This document shows, piece by piece, positions 52,427 through 64,000 of a DNA stretch of 64,000 nt. The notes under the pieces are model-generated. The model searched no databases. It had not been told where the DNA came from and saw nothing but the letters and a program-made list of their open reading frames with translations. Position numbers and translations under genes: made by a program. Each line of letters starts with the position of its first letter. The first letter of the stretch is position 1. This DNA comes from Adineta vaga (Eukaryota; Animalia; Rotifera). Location: the NCBI GenBank assembly GCA_021613535.1, contig CP075496.1, forward strand, positions 10,912,001 through 10,976,000, written 5' to 3'.

Positions 52427-55350
52427 TTAATTAGACCATTCACCATCACTTGTATCACTATCTTCTTCAGCATCATGTCCAACTAAAAATTAAATAGAGA
52501 AACATAAATTATATATTCGTACGATTAAGCATTTTAAGTTTTTACTTAGTTTCTCTCGTCGTTCAGCAAGAATTTTAAGTATATTCAATGCCATCGTATC
52601 TTGTGCTCCAGGACTAGAATCACCTGTTGGTGTTACTTCAGGTAATGGTGGTCGTTCAGTAGGTTGCTGAAATATGAATAATTAGATCAATGATATTTGA
52701 AAATGAACTATAGAGATATCCCATACTTTTAATTTGGATGTACCGATATTACGGATTTGTTCTAATAAATCGTCACGTCCCGAAGCTGGGGCTGGCATAG
52801 GTGATGAATTTTTTGTTGAGTTTGATGAAACTGATGAATTTAGTGGAGCTGGTGGTGGCGGTGGAGGAGGAGGAGGTGGAGGAATACCTCCAGAACCATA
52901 ATTTTGGTTCATGAAGTTTGCCGGCATTGGAGGTGGTGGTGGAGGAGGAGGTGGCGGCGGTGGTGGGTGTGTAGGAGGAGCATGACCGCGACTCGAATCA
53001 ACGTTCTACATGGCAGATTAAATGAGAAAACGATAGTTTATAGGTAATCATTGAAAGCTTTATTCGACTTACGATCCTCCTTGCATTGCTGGTGGTGGAG
53101 GTGGTGGTGGTGGTGGCGGCGGCGGAGGTGGAGTTGGTGGAGCATGCGTTACCGGAGTTGAATTATCAGGTGCACGAAAGTGTGGTCGAGGCGGAATATT
53201 AGGTGCTGATTGTTGATTAAGTCCAGTAGGTGGACTAAACATTCCTTGCAAGTGTTGAGCTCGATTTGGTGTTGATTGATTGCTAAGAAACGATGGTGTA
53301 GATATATCTTGATGTGGAGCTCGACCACCGTTATTTCGACCCATTGTTGGGTAACTACGTGGTGGAATTTCGGGTGCTGCATTTATTATCTGTTGTTGTT
53401 GTTCTTGTTCTTGATGATTGACACCAGGTGCTTGCGTTGTTGATTCTAAGAAATTGATTGAAGTACAGTTACTTTTTATCTTCGATTAAAATTAATAACC
53501 ACTTACTAGCTAATAGTTTTTGCAAACCACCATCTGTTTTTATTATTTCTCGAACGTATAATTTATCTTCTGCTGATATACCCAGATTAGATAAAACTTG
53601 TTCGAACATTTGTTTTTGTGAATCATCATTGAAAAAACTCTATAGAATAAAATGAAACATACTAGTTTGAGAAAAAGAAAACAGAATAAAAGAAATATAC
53701 ATCTTTTGTTCCAATATGGCCGACATGTACCAATCTAAAATCAATCATTCCGTAATAAAAAAGAATAGAAGAATGAAGAAACTTTATTCAACATACGTGG
53801 ATTGAATTGGTGCAGATATATCTGGTCGAGAAACTTTCTTAGTCCTTCTACCGATCGTAAAAAAACCTGAATTTTTTGTTGTATTTGGTTCTGTATCAAA
53901 GAAAAATTTTAATTTAGATAAATTAGGAGAACAAATTCATAGATTACTTTTTGAACTATGATCAACAGGTGTTACGGCTGGTTGTGGTGTTGATACTTGT
54001 GGGGTTGTTGGAGGTTTTATCCCACCGAACATAGCAGACACACCTGGTGATGAATTCGGTGGTTGCATGCTTGGTGGTGTTACTTTTGTTGTCACACCAC
54101 CTTTTTTCTTCTCTATTAAATAAAAGAAAAGTTATTATCATAAATGACTAGAAAACACTCTAAGAAATTCTACGCTGACTATCACGTCTATTCAAGTTGG
54201 TACTTTCTCAATTGAGCTCCATTAAATTTTAATATCTACTATTTATTCATTTGATTCATAATTACTAAACAATCCGTGATTTTATGATGACAAAATCCTT
54301 TTTTCTATTTTTATTTTGAATATTTATATCATGTCTGAGTTACAAACGAGCATCTTGTTAATCAATGCATCAAAATTAAAGTATGCCTGCTCGACATCGT
54401 ATGTCATGTTATTAATCCATCATGAAGAAAACTATTTGTCGTCAACCTAGATATCAAAGTATAATTTGGCATGTTCCAGAAATAAATTCTTGAACAAAAA
54501 GAAAGAACTTATATATCGATGCAGTATTGTTTTTTCTATGTTCTCAATATCAAATCAATATTGATAGATTATTTAATCCTTTAATCTTCAAAGAGTTTTG
54601 ATACTATTTTTCTGCTGATATTAAGTAAGATTCGAAAGAAAATTTCTATTATTTCACTTGGAATAATTTCATCTAGTAAAAAAATCAATAAAATAAGATA
54701 AGAACCTTTTTTATGTTGACGATCGTCTTGCTTCGAATGAAAATGATGACAGAATGTTTGTGCTTCATCACGATCGACAAAATTAATTCCAATTTTACAA
54801 TTCTATGAAATTTAAATCATAATATTAATAAGCATTCACGAAGATAACCTACTGATCCATCGAATGTATAAAAGACATCTAATGCTTTTTCCAAACGAAG
54901 TGCTGCTGGCACTGTCTCTTCATAGATTTGTTGTTTGGACTTAAATTTAAACAAAAAATTATATTATTCGAATTTGATTCAATCGAAAAATATTTACTTT
55001 AAGGTTATATAATCGAAAACGATAACTTCGATTATCATAATCTTTTACGAAACAAAACACTCCACATGCTTGCTTTCTCCAATTTCCATTGTTACTATGT
55101 AAAATCTGCGCAACAGCTGTAGCTAAAGTCTAAAAAACAAACAAAGATTTGAAAAAGAATGAATGAATTTCATCAAACTTACTACACGATCACGGCCAAG
55201 TATATCATATAAACAATGTAATTCCTGTGCTTCTAAGTTTTTTGATGGATTGTGAGTTGGACGTTGTTGCCGTGCTAATCCTTCCGCACTATTCATTATT
55301 GTTGATTGAGGGTAGTGCGGCGAATTATTATGCTGCACTAAAGTGCTCAT
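52427..55350 (-). CDS. WASL: Wiskott-Aldrich syndrome family protein (WASP/N-WASP)
   Basis: WH1 (TAVAQIL...GVFCFVKDY...YFRLY...GINFVDRDEA), CRIB ISAPIQSTLVHVGHIG, poly-Pro runs, WH2 GRDDLLEQIRN, acidic tail EEDSDTSDGEWSN*. Confidence 0.93.
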
Positions 55351-56197
55351 TTATTGTATACTATAATTTGAAGATTGCAGAGTAAAACTTATGAAGAAAT
55401 ATTATTCGAAAACAAGGATGATATATTCATAATAATCTTTTCGAAAAACTCAAAGAATTGATACTATTCTTATCACACTTGTACTAAACGAATAACAAAA
55501 CAATATAAATATATATATAGCTGACTAATGTCAACGATGATTCACTAATTTTTTTTATTCAATCTAATTCTCTCTCTTTCTCTTTCTCTTTCGATCTCTT
55601 TTATCAATACATATATAATTGGTCAACAAGATTTTGAATAATTACAAAAATGAAAATTATTCAAAATTTTTATTACTAAAATTAAATAGATTATAATTTT
55701 TTAAATCGTACGAAAAATAATCTTTATAAAACAGATGTCGCTAGGTACACATTATTCTACAAAACATCGTCCTGTTCAATTGACATTACACTATATACAG
55801 AGAAATAGAAATCTCATATTAAATCCTAGATCAAGCATACATTCTATCCGATGAAAGTACCTAAAGATGAATGACTACTGTCTTCGAAAAAGTTATATCG
55901 AATAAAAGAAAAAGTTCTCATTTAACAGCTCGTTCTCTCGCAATGTGTTTAGACGAAAAGAAATCTAACGATAATTTCATCAAAACAACCTGACATCATT
56001 TTCTTTTTCTTCTCACTTTTAAGTATGTCTTTATTTGCATAGGATACACCTGACTTTCATGATTCTCTGAATCATACATTCAACAGGTGAATATGTTCTT
56101 TTTCAAAGAAAAAATCATATCGAAAAAACACATTTATTTGATTAAGAAATATCTGATTTAATTTTAACATGAAAATTTGTAGAATTAGACGTATCAA

Positions 56198-59100
56198 TTA
56201 AAAGAATGGAGTCTAGAATAGAAGATAATTTCATTCGAATAGATCTATATTTATATTAGAACTAGTGAATCTTACATCGTTCTTAGCACGCCATGGTATG
56301 ATAGGTACTGCTGCTGATCGTGCTGAAACAGGAATAGGAGCAGGTAAAAGATTTCCATCGATGATATTTTCCTTGTTTTCAATGTGAATTAATCGTGGTT
56401 GAGATTGTTGCTCTTTTAGACCAAGTTCAAGTTTAATAGTTGCATCCGTTTTTGGTATTGCCAAAGGTGGAGAAGGTAAAATAGATTCACATTCAAATTT
56501 ATCCACTAAATAAGAAGAATTTCGTTTTTGTTTCAACATAAAAAGTCCTTGAGATTTGTCCTACCTGATTGTGTACACAATTGCCAATCGTATTCAAGGT
56601 TTTTTGTCATTACATCAATTCGTTGTGCTTGTTTGATAAGAAGTGACATTGAATCATTTGTTACTATTGGTGATGATGTATTAAATTTATTATTTATATC
56701 TTGTAAGATTAAATTCATTTGATCTATATCATGTTCAATATTAGTAATTAAATGACCACATTGATGTTCATATTCATCACGAACTTGACTAAAAACATTG
56801 TGTAACTTTGTTTCTAATAATTGACGAATTTCTTGGCCATGCTGTGTACACATATTATGAATTCGCTAAAATAAAAGTAGACATATGAAATTTTATTTTT
56901 TTGAAGTGAAGACGTGAAAATACTTGTAGTAAAGTTGTATTTTGTAATGTCATATTGTCTTGATCAGTTGTATTATGTGCATCAGTTAGAGTTTGAATGA
57001 GATGGATGATCTATAAATAATCAACATTATGTTCCTTATTCTGATATTTAGTAAAAGTAAATCAATTTTTCTTTCGATACATATGGTAAGGTAATGAATA
57101 AGTTCATTCAAGTGAACTGATGTCAAAAATTTATATTATAATACTATTTACGGTTCAACATGTCAAATGTGCATATTAAATACATCAGAGGAGAAATGAT
57201 GACAATAGAAATATGTATCAAAAAATTTCTCTATAATTGAATAGTAATGAATGTTATATAGATCAAGCATCTGAATGTCCATAACTCACTACATGCTGTT
57301 TGTTACTTGAATAGACAAAAAAAATAAATAAATCATATTTTACCAATTGTTCAAGTTCATTTTGAGTAAGCGAGACTAATTTTTCATGTTCACCCAACCA
57401 TTTATTTCGAATATTCGTTAAGTCTAGTGTTTGCTGATCATCGTTGATTGATTCTTCTGGTGTCTGAATTAAAATTCGGAATTCCTTTGTAAGCTAAGTA
57501 TAACAAAAGAAAAACCCAAAGGAATGAATTACTTCTATATATGAAAATAAAAATATTTACCATTTGACTGAAGCGTTGTGTAAAAAACGAATGTAAATCA
57601 AGCCATAATAGTTGAGTTGATGGATTGAACGAAATTAACTATTGAAAAAGCACACGAACTAGATATTCTCAAACATAATTTTACAAACCATATCTTGAAA
57701 ACATGCTCTCATTTTAAGTAATGTCTCTTCTTCAATATTGACTAGTTTTCCTTGATTTTGATGTTCGTTAGTTTTGAATTCTGCAGTTAACATATCAATT
57801 AAAACTTTCAATTCACGATCAAGTTCAGTCTAATAGGAGTAAACATACGAAAAAATTTAACTACATGTGGTTTTTTCCTGAAATTTTTCTACTTGAAATT
57901 GATGATAAATATTATTTAATTCTTCAAATATTGTATGAAAATTTTGAAAGGCAAGCGATAATACAGCTCGAACTTTTTCATTAAGTGCATACATTTGTTG
58001 ACTAATATTCGTTGAAATTGTCATAGCTTGTGCTAAAGAAAAAAGAGTCAAACAATGTCTGATTTTGTGCAAATTAGAATAAAAATTAATCGGAAATTTT
58101 ACAAAAGGATCTACTCTTACTAATCGATTGATTAAAATTGGATAACATTGATCGAATATCTTCCGTTACATGTTGAACATTTACTTGTAAACATTCTCCA
58201 ATCGCACGACAATCATTGATATATTGATGAATCAACAATGAAGCTGTTGAACGTGTCGAACGTAGTTGTTGTGTAGTATTTACAGCATGTTCATGAAACT
58301 ATTCGAGAAAGAAACTTGTTTTCTTTCTAGTCAACTTAAAAGAAACTATTGACTTACGTTTAAAGCTTTATTCGTCATTTGAATAAGTTCATCATGACGA
58401 TGTCGACATAATGCTAACATTTCTTTTCTTTCATTGGTTTCTGATCGAAATTCCTATTCAAATCAAAACATTTTCTCATTTCGTTCATTCACGATCAATA
58501 GACTTTTCGTACTTGTTGTTGTGTTAACATTTGTCGACGAAGTGTTTCAACTTCTGCTCGATACTAAAACTAAAAACTTTATAAATAACTAAAGAAAAGT
58601 CAATAACATATACTTGTTCAACTTGTTGTTCATTAGTTTCTAATTTTGTTTGATTATTATCTGATAAAGTTTGTACTAACATCATTTGATTTTTCAAAGC
58701 ACTGAATCATTGAATTTTCAAGTTAGAAAAGAACAATCAATAAAGCAATCGTTATCTTACGTATATTGTGAGTATGGAACACCATCAGCTTCTCGTTTAG
58801 CATCAAGTTCTTGACGTAAACGACGAATCTCATCAACATATTCCTACGAAGAGACGTTTATGTACAAAAAACATAAGATATAGACTTTTCAATAACATAC
58901 TCGAGCCACATCTTTCGACGATAGCTGATTGATTTCAGGACGAATTTTTAATGAACGAGCTCGATGACCATATTCCAATGTACTTAGAGTTTCCTATGAT
59001 TTTATCGTAATATAGGTTCTTTTTAATTAATGTATAAATAACTTACAGCTTCATTTGCTGGTGATAGAGTTATAATAATAGATGTAATCGTTTTTCCACA

Positions 59101-60578
59101 AAGAGAATCTTGTAATATTCGTGTTAATTTCGAATCTCTGAATAAATTCATCATAAATCAGAAAAACGAAACGTTCACTGTTCAGTATTACCGGTAACAA
59201 ATATGCTTTTCATTGGAAATCAATGCAGTTATTACACGGCCAAGAGTTAACAGACTTTGATTGATAGTTCCTGCTTCACGTGCACGCTTATCAGTAGCAC
59301 CAGAACGAGAAATATTTTCTGATCCAGCTAAATCAACCTGCCATTGAAGAATTGAACAAAAGTAAAGTAAAAAAAGTATAAACGAAATAAATATACCAAA
59401 TGAAGTTTGCCTAGTCTTATATCACCTTGAGCATCTTTCATTGTCACAGTCATAGTAAATATGGAATGCGAACGACTAGAAGAAAATTTTCATGTAAATA
59501 TATGAGACAATGTGAAAATGTAAGATAAACCTTGATGAAGCATTCATTAATGTTTCAGCTGTTTGTCGACGTTGTGAACCTTTTATTAATACTTTAAATG
59601 CATCGAACGGTGATTCACAAGTCGCTTCAATTGCACCAATGATTGTATTTGTCTACATATCTCTTAAATAAAAAAATCAAGTTTTTTTTTAAATCAAAAC
59701 ATTTTACTTTATCTTTATCTTCATAAATTTTGATTTTTTCAGGTTGCTCATTTGTTGCATCTGCTAATAAATCTGTTAATTCTTCATTATACAATTCAAG
59801 ATACGTTATTTTAACTGTATAATCAACGTACTAAAAAATAATCAATAGCCGTCTTTTTTTTCTCTATCATTTCACCAAAAACTGATCTCTACTTGTCGTT
59901 GAAGTCCTTGAAATATATGATGAATAGCTCTTGGCATAATTCCAGCTTCTGATTCAAGTATAGCCATATAAGCACTAACTGTATCTTTGGATATTTTATC
60001 TATGGGAAATTTTCCTAACATGGTATGTGTTTTACTAGAAATGATAATGAAAATGAATAGATATTAGTAAACCAAAAGAACCAATATACCCAGATCCTGT
60101 TTGACCATATCTAAAAGACGATGATCGAATGGATATATATTTCTTAGAATGAAAATCAAGTTTACACATACGCAAAAATAGTTGAACTATAACCTTTTAA
60201 TACTTCATCAACAATAGGAGCAACAACTGTTTTATAAACGTCTTGTTGAGTTGTTTGAAAGCCAAATACCTTAATGAAATATGGATTATAAGTAAAAGAT
60301 TTTATTGAAAATAAAACTTTTGTTTTACGTGATCATAATTAAAAAAACGTGTAGCAGTTGTTTTACAATTCACAATGATTTCTCGACGTGTTCCATTGAC
60401 ATTTAAACAACTTGTTAGATTTTGAGATTTTTCATTATCACTCAATGGACTAAATTAATAATATTTCTCATTTGCAAAAAAAAAGAAATCTATGTCTAAA
60501 ACTAAGCACACACCGTGGACGAGCTATGACTTGAACATGTTTATCTGAACCATTGAATGATGTGGATTTTTCGCTCAT
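56198..60578 (-). CDS. Kinesin-5 (BimC/Eg5/KIF11-like) motor, many exons
   Basis: N-terminal motor: [81 protein letters not shown]; neck [22 protein letters not shown]. Confidence 0.85.
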
Positions 60579-61289
60579 ATCTAAGAATTTATTTCATTGA
60601 ATTTAAAGTTCAGAAAATAGCTATGGAAATATCAATCTAATTGCAATGCAGACAAGACAAATGTTTCTTAGGATTAATCATCGTCGGCGCGAATTTATCA
60701 TCCATTGTTCATCGATATTCGTCTTAGAATCTAAATGAGTTTTCAATAGATGTCTCTCGTACAAGGATGATTTCTTGTTTTTTCGTTGGAAATCTTATCT
60801 AGTTGATTTCATTTCTCTGCTCTGAATATTATCATTCACGAGATCATTTAGGCATTGAGTATATTCATCTATCAATAGTTTTTAATCATAGGGTATTGTT
60901 TCTTTTAGGGAATGCTTGATGGTACTGTGATCAGATCAGAAATGTCAATAGAACTGACACATTTATTGATTGTTTTTTTTGACCGAAAACGAGTAAAAAC
61001 TGGTACTATACCAAATATAGTTATAATCTAAGATATTTCTTTCTTTTCAAGACAATAAAACATCTGTTGTCAAATTCTATTTTTGAAAAATCACATGAAT
61101 GTCACAGATTTTATACTAATTAAATATTTATTGCTACGTAATCCTTCATTCTATAAAGAGACACAAAAACAATCACACTAATTGATTAATTAATTTCGAA
61201 TTACATCACAGGGTTTTAATGGCAGCAATAATGACAGAAAAAAAAATTAATTAATCCATCACCAGTATGAATAGAATTCTTTTATTTGA

Positions 61290-63042
61290 CTACATGAACG
61301 TGTTCCGTCGTTCTAAACGAATCCAAATGCCATTTTTGGGTGAAATAACAAATCGTTCTTGTTCAGCAAATTTACTCAATGTTTGTTCACTGGATAGAAT
61401 TTTGTATCGATGAAGTACTTGTGCCAAGATTAATTTAACTTCTAACATTGCAAAACGCATTCCAATACAATTTCTTGGTCCAGCACCAAACGGTAACCAA
61501 CCTAATGGATGACGTTTATCACGAAAACGTTCCGGATAAAATTTCAATGGATTAACTGGACCAAAAAGTTGTTCATCATAATGTAAACGAACATATCTAC
61601 AGTAATATTTGTACCTTTCTTTATTTTTAATGGTCCGATTTGACATTCTTTATTACATTGTCGATTAACAATAAATGGTGCAATGGGATATAATCGTAAT
61701 GTTTCATATATAAACCAATCAAGATATTCAAGTTTAATTAATTTATCATAATCATTATAAATACAATCGATTTCATCGTGTAAACGTGCTTGTTCTTTTG
61801 GATATGTTGCTAGAATAAAAAATAAGTAAGATAATGTTGTTGCTATTGTTTCATATCCGCCGAGCATAAATAAATAAATATTATGCGATAATTCATCTTG
61901 ACTTAAATGATATCTTGACCATGATGTTTGCTAAAAGACAAAAGAAAGAAAGATTTATATATGATGAAATATCAAACTATAAATACTCACAGATGATTTT
62001 CTTTGTGATACATCAGTTGCTTCAATCATTGATTGTAATAAATCAACTCTTTCAATTCCATGTAAACAACGTTGTTGAATTATTTTTTTTACATGATACA
62101 AAAGCCATGTATTTGGATCTGTATCAATAAATCGATTCATCAATGGTACATAATCATGTAACCATAATCGAAAGATATTTATGTATTTAAAATATGTTAC
62201 CCATAAAAAATCCAATTCAGGTAAAAGTAATGAACATATAGTTAAACTTGTTTGAAAAAGATTAAATTCAAATACTTGTAAACATCGTTGAAAGAATGGT
62301 TCACTTAATTTTTCATGTTTTGTTGGATTAATACCAAAAGCACAATTTAAAAGAATATTCATCGATGTACGTTTTAATAAATCGGTTACATCAAATTCGA
62401 TATCGGGCTTTTGTTCATTAAATTTGTCGATTAATTCAGTAACACATTGATCAATGATTACACGCATTTCTTTTAATTTGTTTGGACTGAATGCTGGTTG
62501 CATAATTGAACGTTGTCGTCGCCATTCATCATCTAAGCTAATCTTTCATTTAGAAAAGAATTCTTACAATCAAAATTTCTATCTCGTTTTAGATAGAATC
62601 ATTGAAAACAACTAATCTCTTTTCGGTATCGTTTCACATTACCTGTCGATGCAAGTAAATGTCGAAGATCATGCTGTTGTAATGGTAATGGTCGTCGCGA
62701 ATGAAAATGACTAAATTTAGTTATGAAGATCTCTTGAAGTATATCTGGATCAGATATACATATGATTGGTGTATGACCAATAAAATAACCATAGATTTTA
62801 CCAAATCTATGTGTCCAATCTGCTAAACAAGCTGCTGAATGTTGATGATGACTAAATAATTCAAGTGCATTACCAAAAAATAGACGAGGTGTTGGTCCAG
62901 ATAGGCCCATCTCGTGAAATATATTATAGATTTTCTTTAATTTATATAAATAGATTAATAGAAATAAAAAGAGCAGAAAGATTAATGTCGGTCGAATGAA
63001 AAAGCTAATCGTTGATAAATACGAAGAATCGCTAATAGACAT
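61290..63042 (-). pseudogene. Cytochrome P450, CYP3-clan-like, with apparent 1-nt frameshift (pseudogene or assembly error)
   Basis: TM anchor, GPTPRLFFGN, GGYET, ETLR, PERF, FGAGPRNCIGMRFA. Frame switches at ~61588-61591 (VDMF to LHYDEQLFG) with no room for an intron. Confidence 0.75.
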
Positions 63043-64000
63043 TAGTATTTTTTGTTACTGATACAGAAGAAGATCTGAAAAATGAATTTAATTTGAAACT
63101 TTTGTGATTTGACTAGTGTCTAAAATGCAACGCATATATAATAACCAAGCAACCAATGAAATTGAAGATTTATAAAAATGAGCTGCGTATTTTTTTCTAG
63201 GCTCTTTTTCGTTAGTCGTTCGTCACTCTCTTTTTCTATGTCTCTCGTTTGTGTTATTTGCCATCTTTCGTGTGGTAGTTTTCAAACTGACGTTGGTGCA
63301 TTACAAGAGAAATAGGTCATATTGTTGACAAGGAATTTTGTTTCGATCCATCATTAGATCCGTTGAATTCTCTCTGATCATTTTGACCAATTACTTAATT
63401 GCATCATTCAGGAAAAGTAGACTTTCACTCTCTCTCTCTCTTTCTTGAATATTCTCAATGTACGTGTAAAAATAGATAGCACTATGCGATTTTCTAAATA
63501 TGTAATGACTACAATATTTTAACTTGAATGTTTCTTCTGTGTATAGAATAATCTGAAATCAGTGATATTCCATGAAACATCAGATTTTCGAACACTATTC
63601 ACATGAATCTTGCCACTTACAACATGATCATGAAAGAAATCAATCTCAGATATACTAAGGAATATTAGATGCGTAATATTAATGCTACTGTAGAATTTCT
63701 GAAAAGAGTCAAAATATTCTCTAGTGCTTCACTCTATTCTTCGATACTAACTATACTCATATAGGCATGATATTTGTAGTATGTATTCTTATTGGCAGCG
63801 GCTTTATATCAAATAAAAATGCTCTTCTCTAGTGCATGAATCATGTTGATTAATATACTTCCAATGCAAATGAAGAATGGTAACTGTTTGAGTTCAATCG
63901 GTGCTTTTTTTCTATATCAACTAAAGAATAAGATGATTCATCGATTAATCACGTGATAAACTTTGATCTGATCAAATAACTATTTGAAAGCACATCATAA

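Noticed and set aside
1-64000. CRISPR arrays, rRNA/tRNA genes, prokaryotic operons or defence systems
   Set aside because: No regularly spaced repeats or structural RNA signatures were seen; the window is spliceosomal-intron-rich eukaryotic DNA.

Overview
AT-rich eukaryotic (animal) genomic DNA, gene-dense, with many ~50-65 nt GT-AG introns. This style plus an intronless bacterial-type gene suggests a bdelloid rotifer (inference, not proven). About 21 protein-coding loci can be reconstructed by manual splicing: MBOAT7, an orphan type-I membrane protein, a divergent Rab, a decayed membrane-protein pseudogene, a CELF/Bruno RNA-binding protein, SLC35E1, a ZnF-dsRBD-DZF protein, a Gly/Ser-rich EF-hand protein with a Pro-rich core, an F-box/LRR protein, DCTN6, MGAT2, CRAT, ADI1, an MFSD4-like transporter, a SelO/YdiU AMPylase, two uncharacterised genes, EIF2B1, WASP, a kinesin-5-like motor and a frameshifted CYP3-clan P450. 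Main highlights: (1) an intronless, proteobacterial-looking SelO/YdiU ending in SCSS that seems to have gained a secretory signal peptide (candidate horizontally acquired lumenal/secreted AMPylase); (2) a symmetric 486-aa EF-hand/Gly-Ser/Pro-core protein missed by the ORF track; (3) an operon-like MGAT2-CRAT-ADI1 run with putative trans-splice acceptors; (4) internal first exons in CELF that remove RRM1. No rRNA, tRNA, CRISPR array or intact transposon was recognised. All exon boundaries are manual and no database searches were run.
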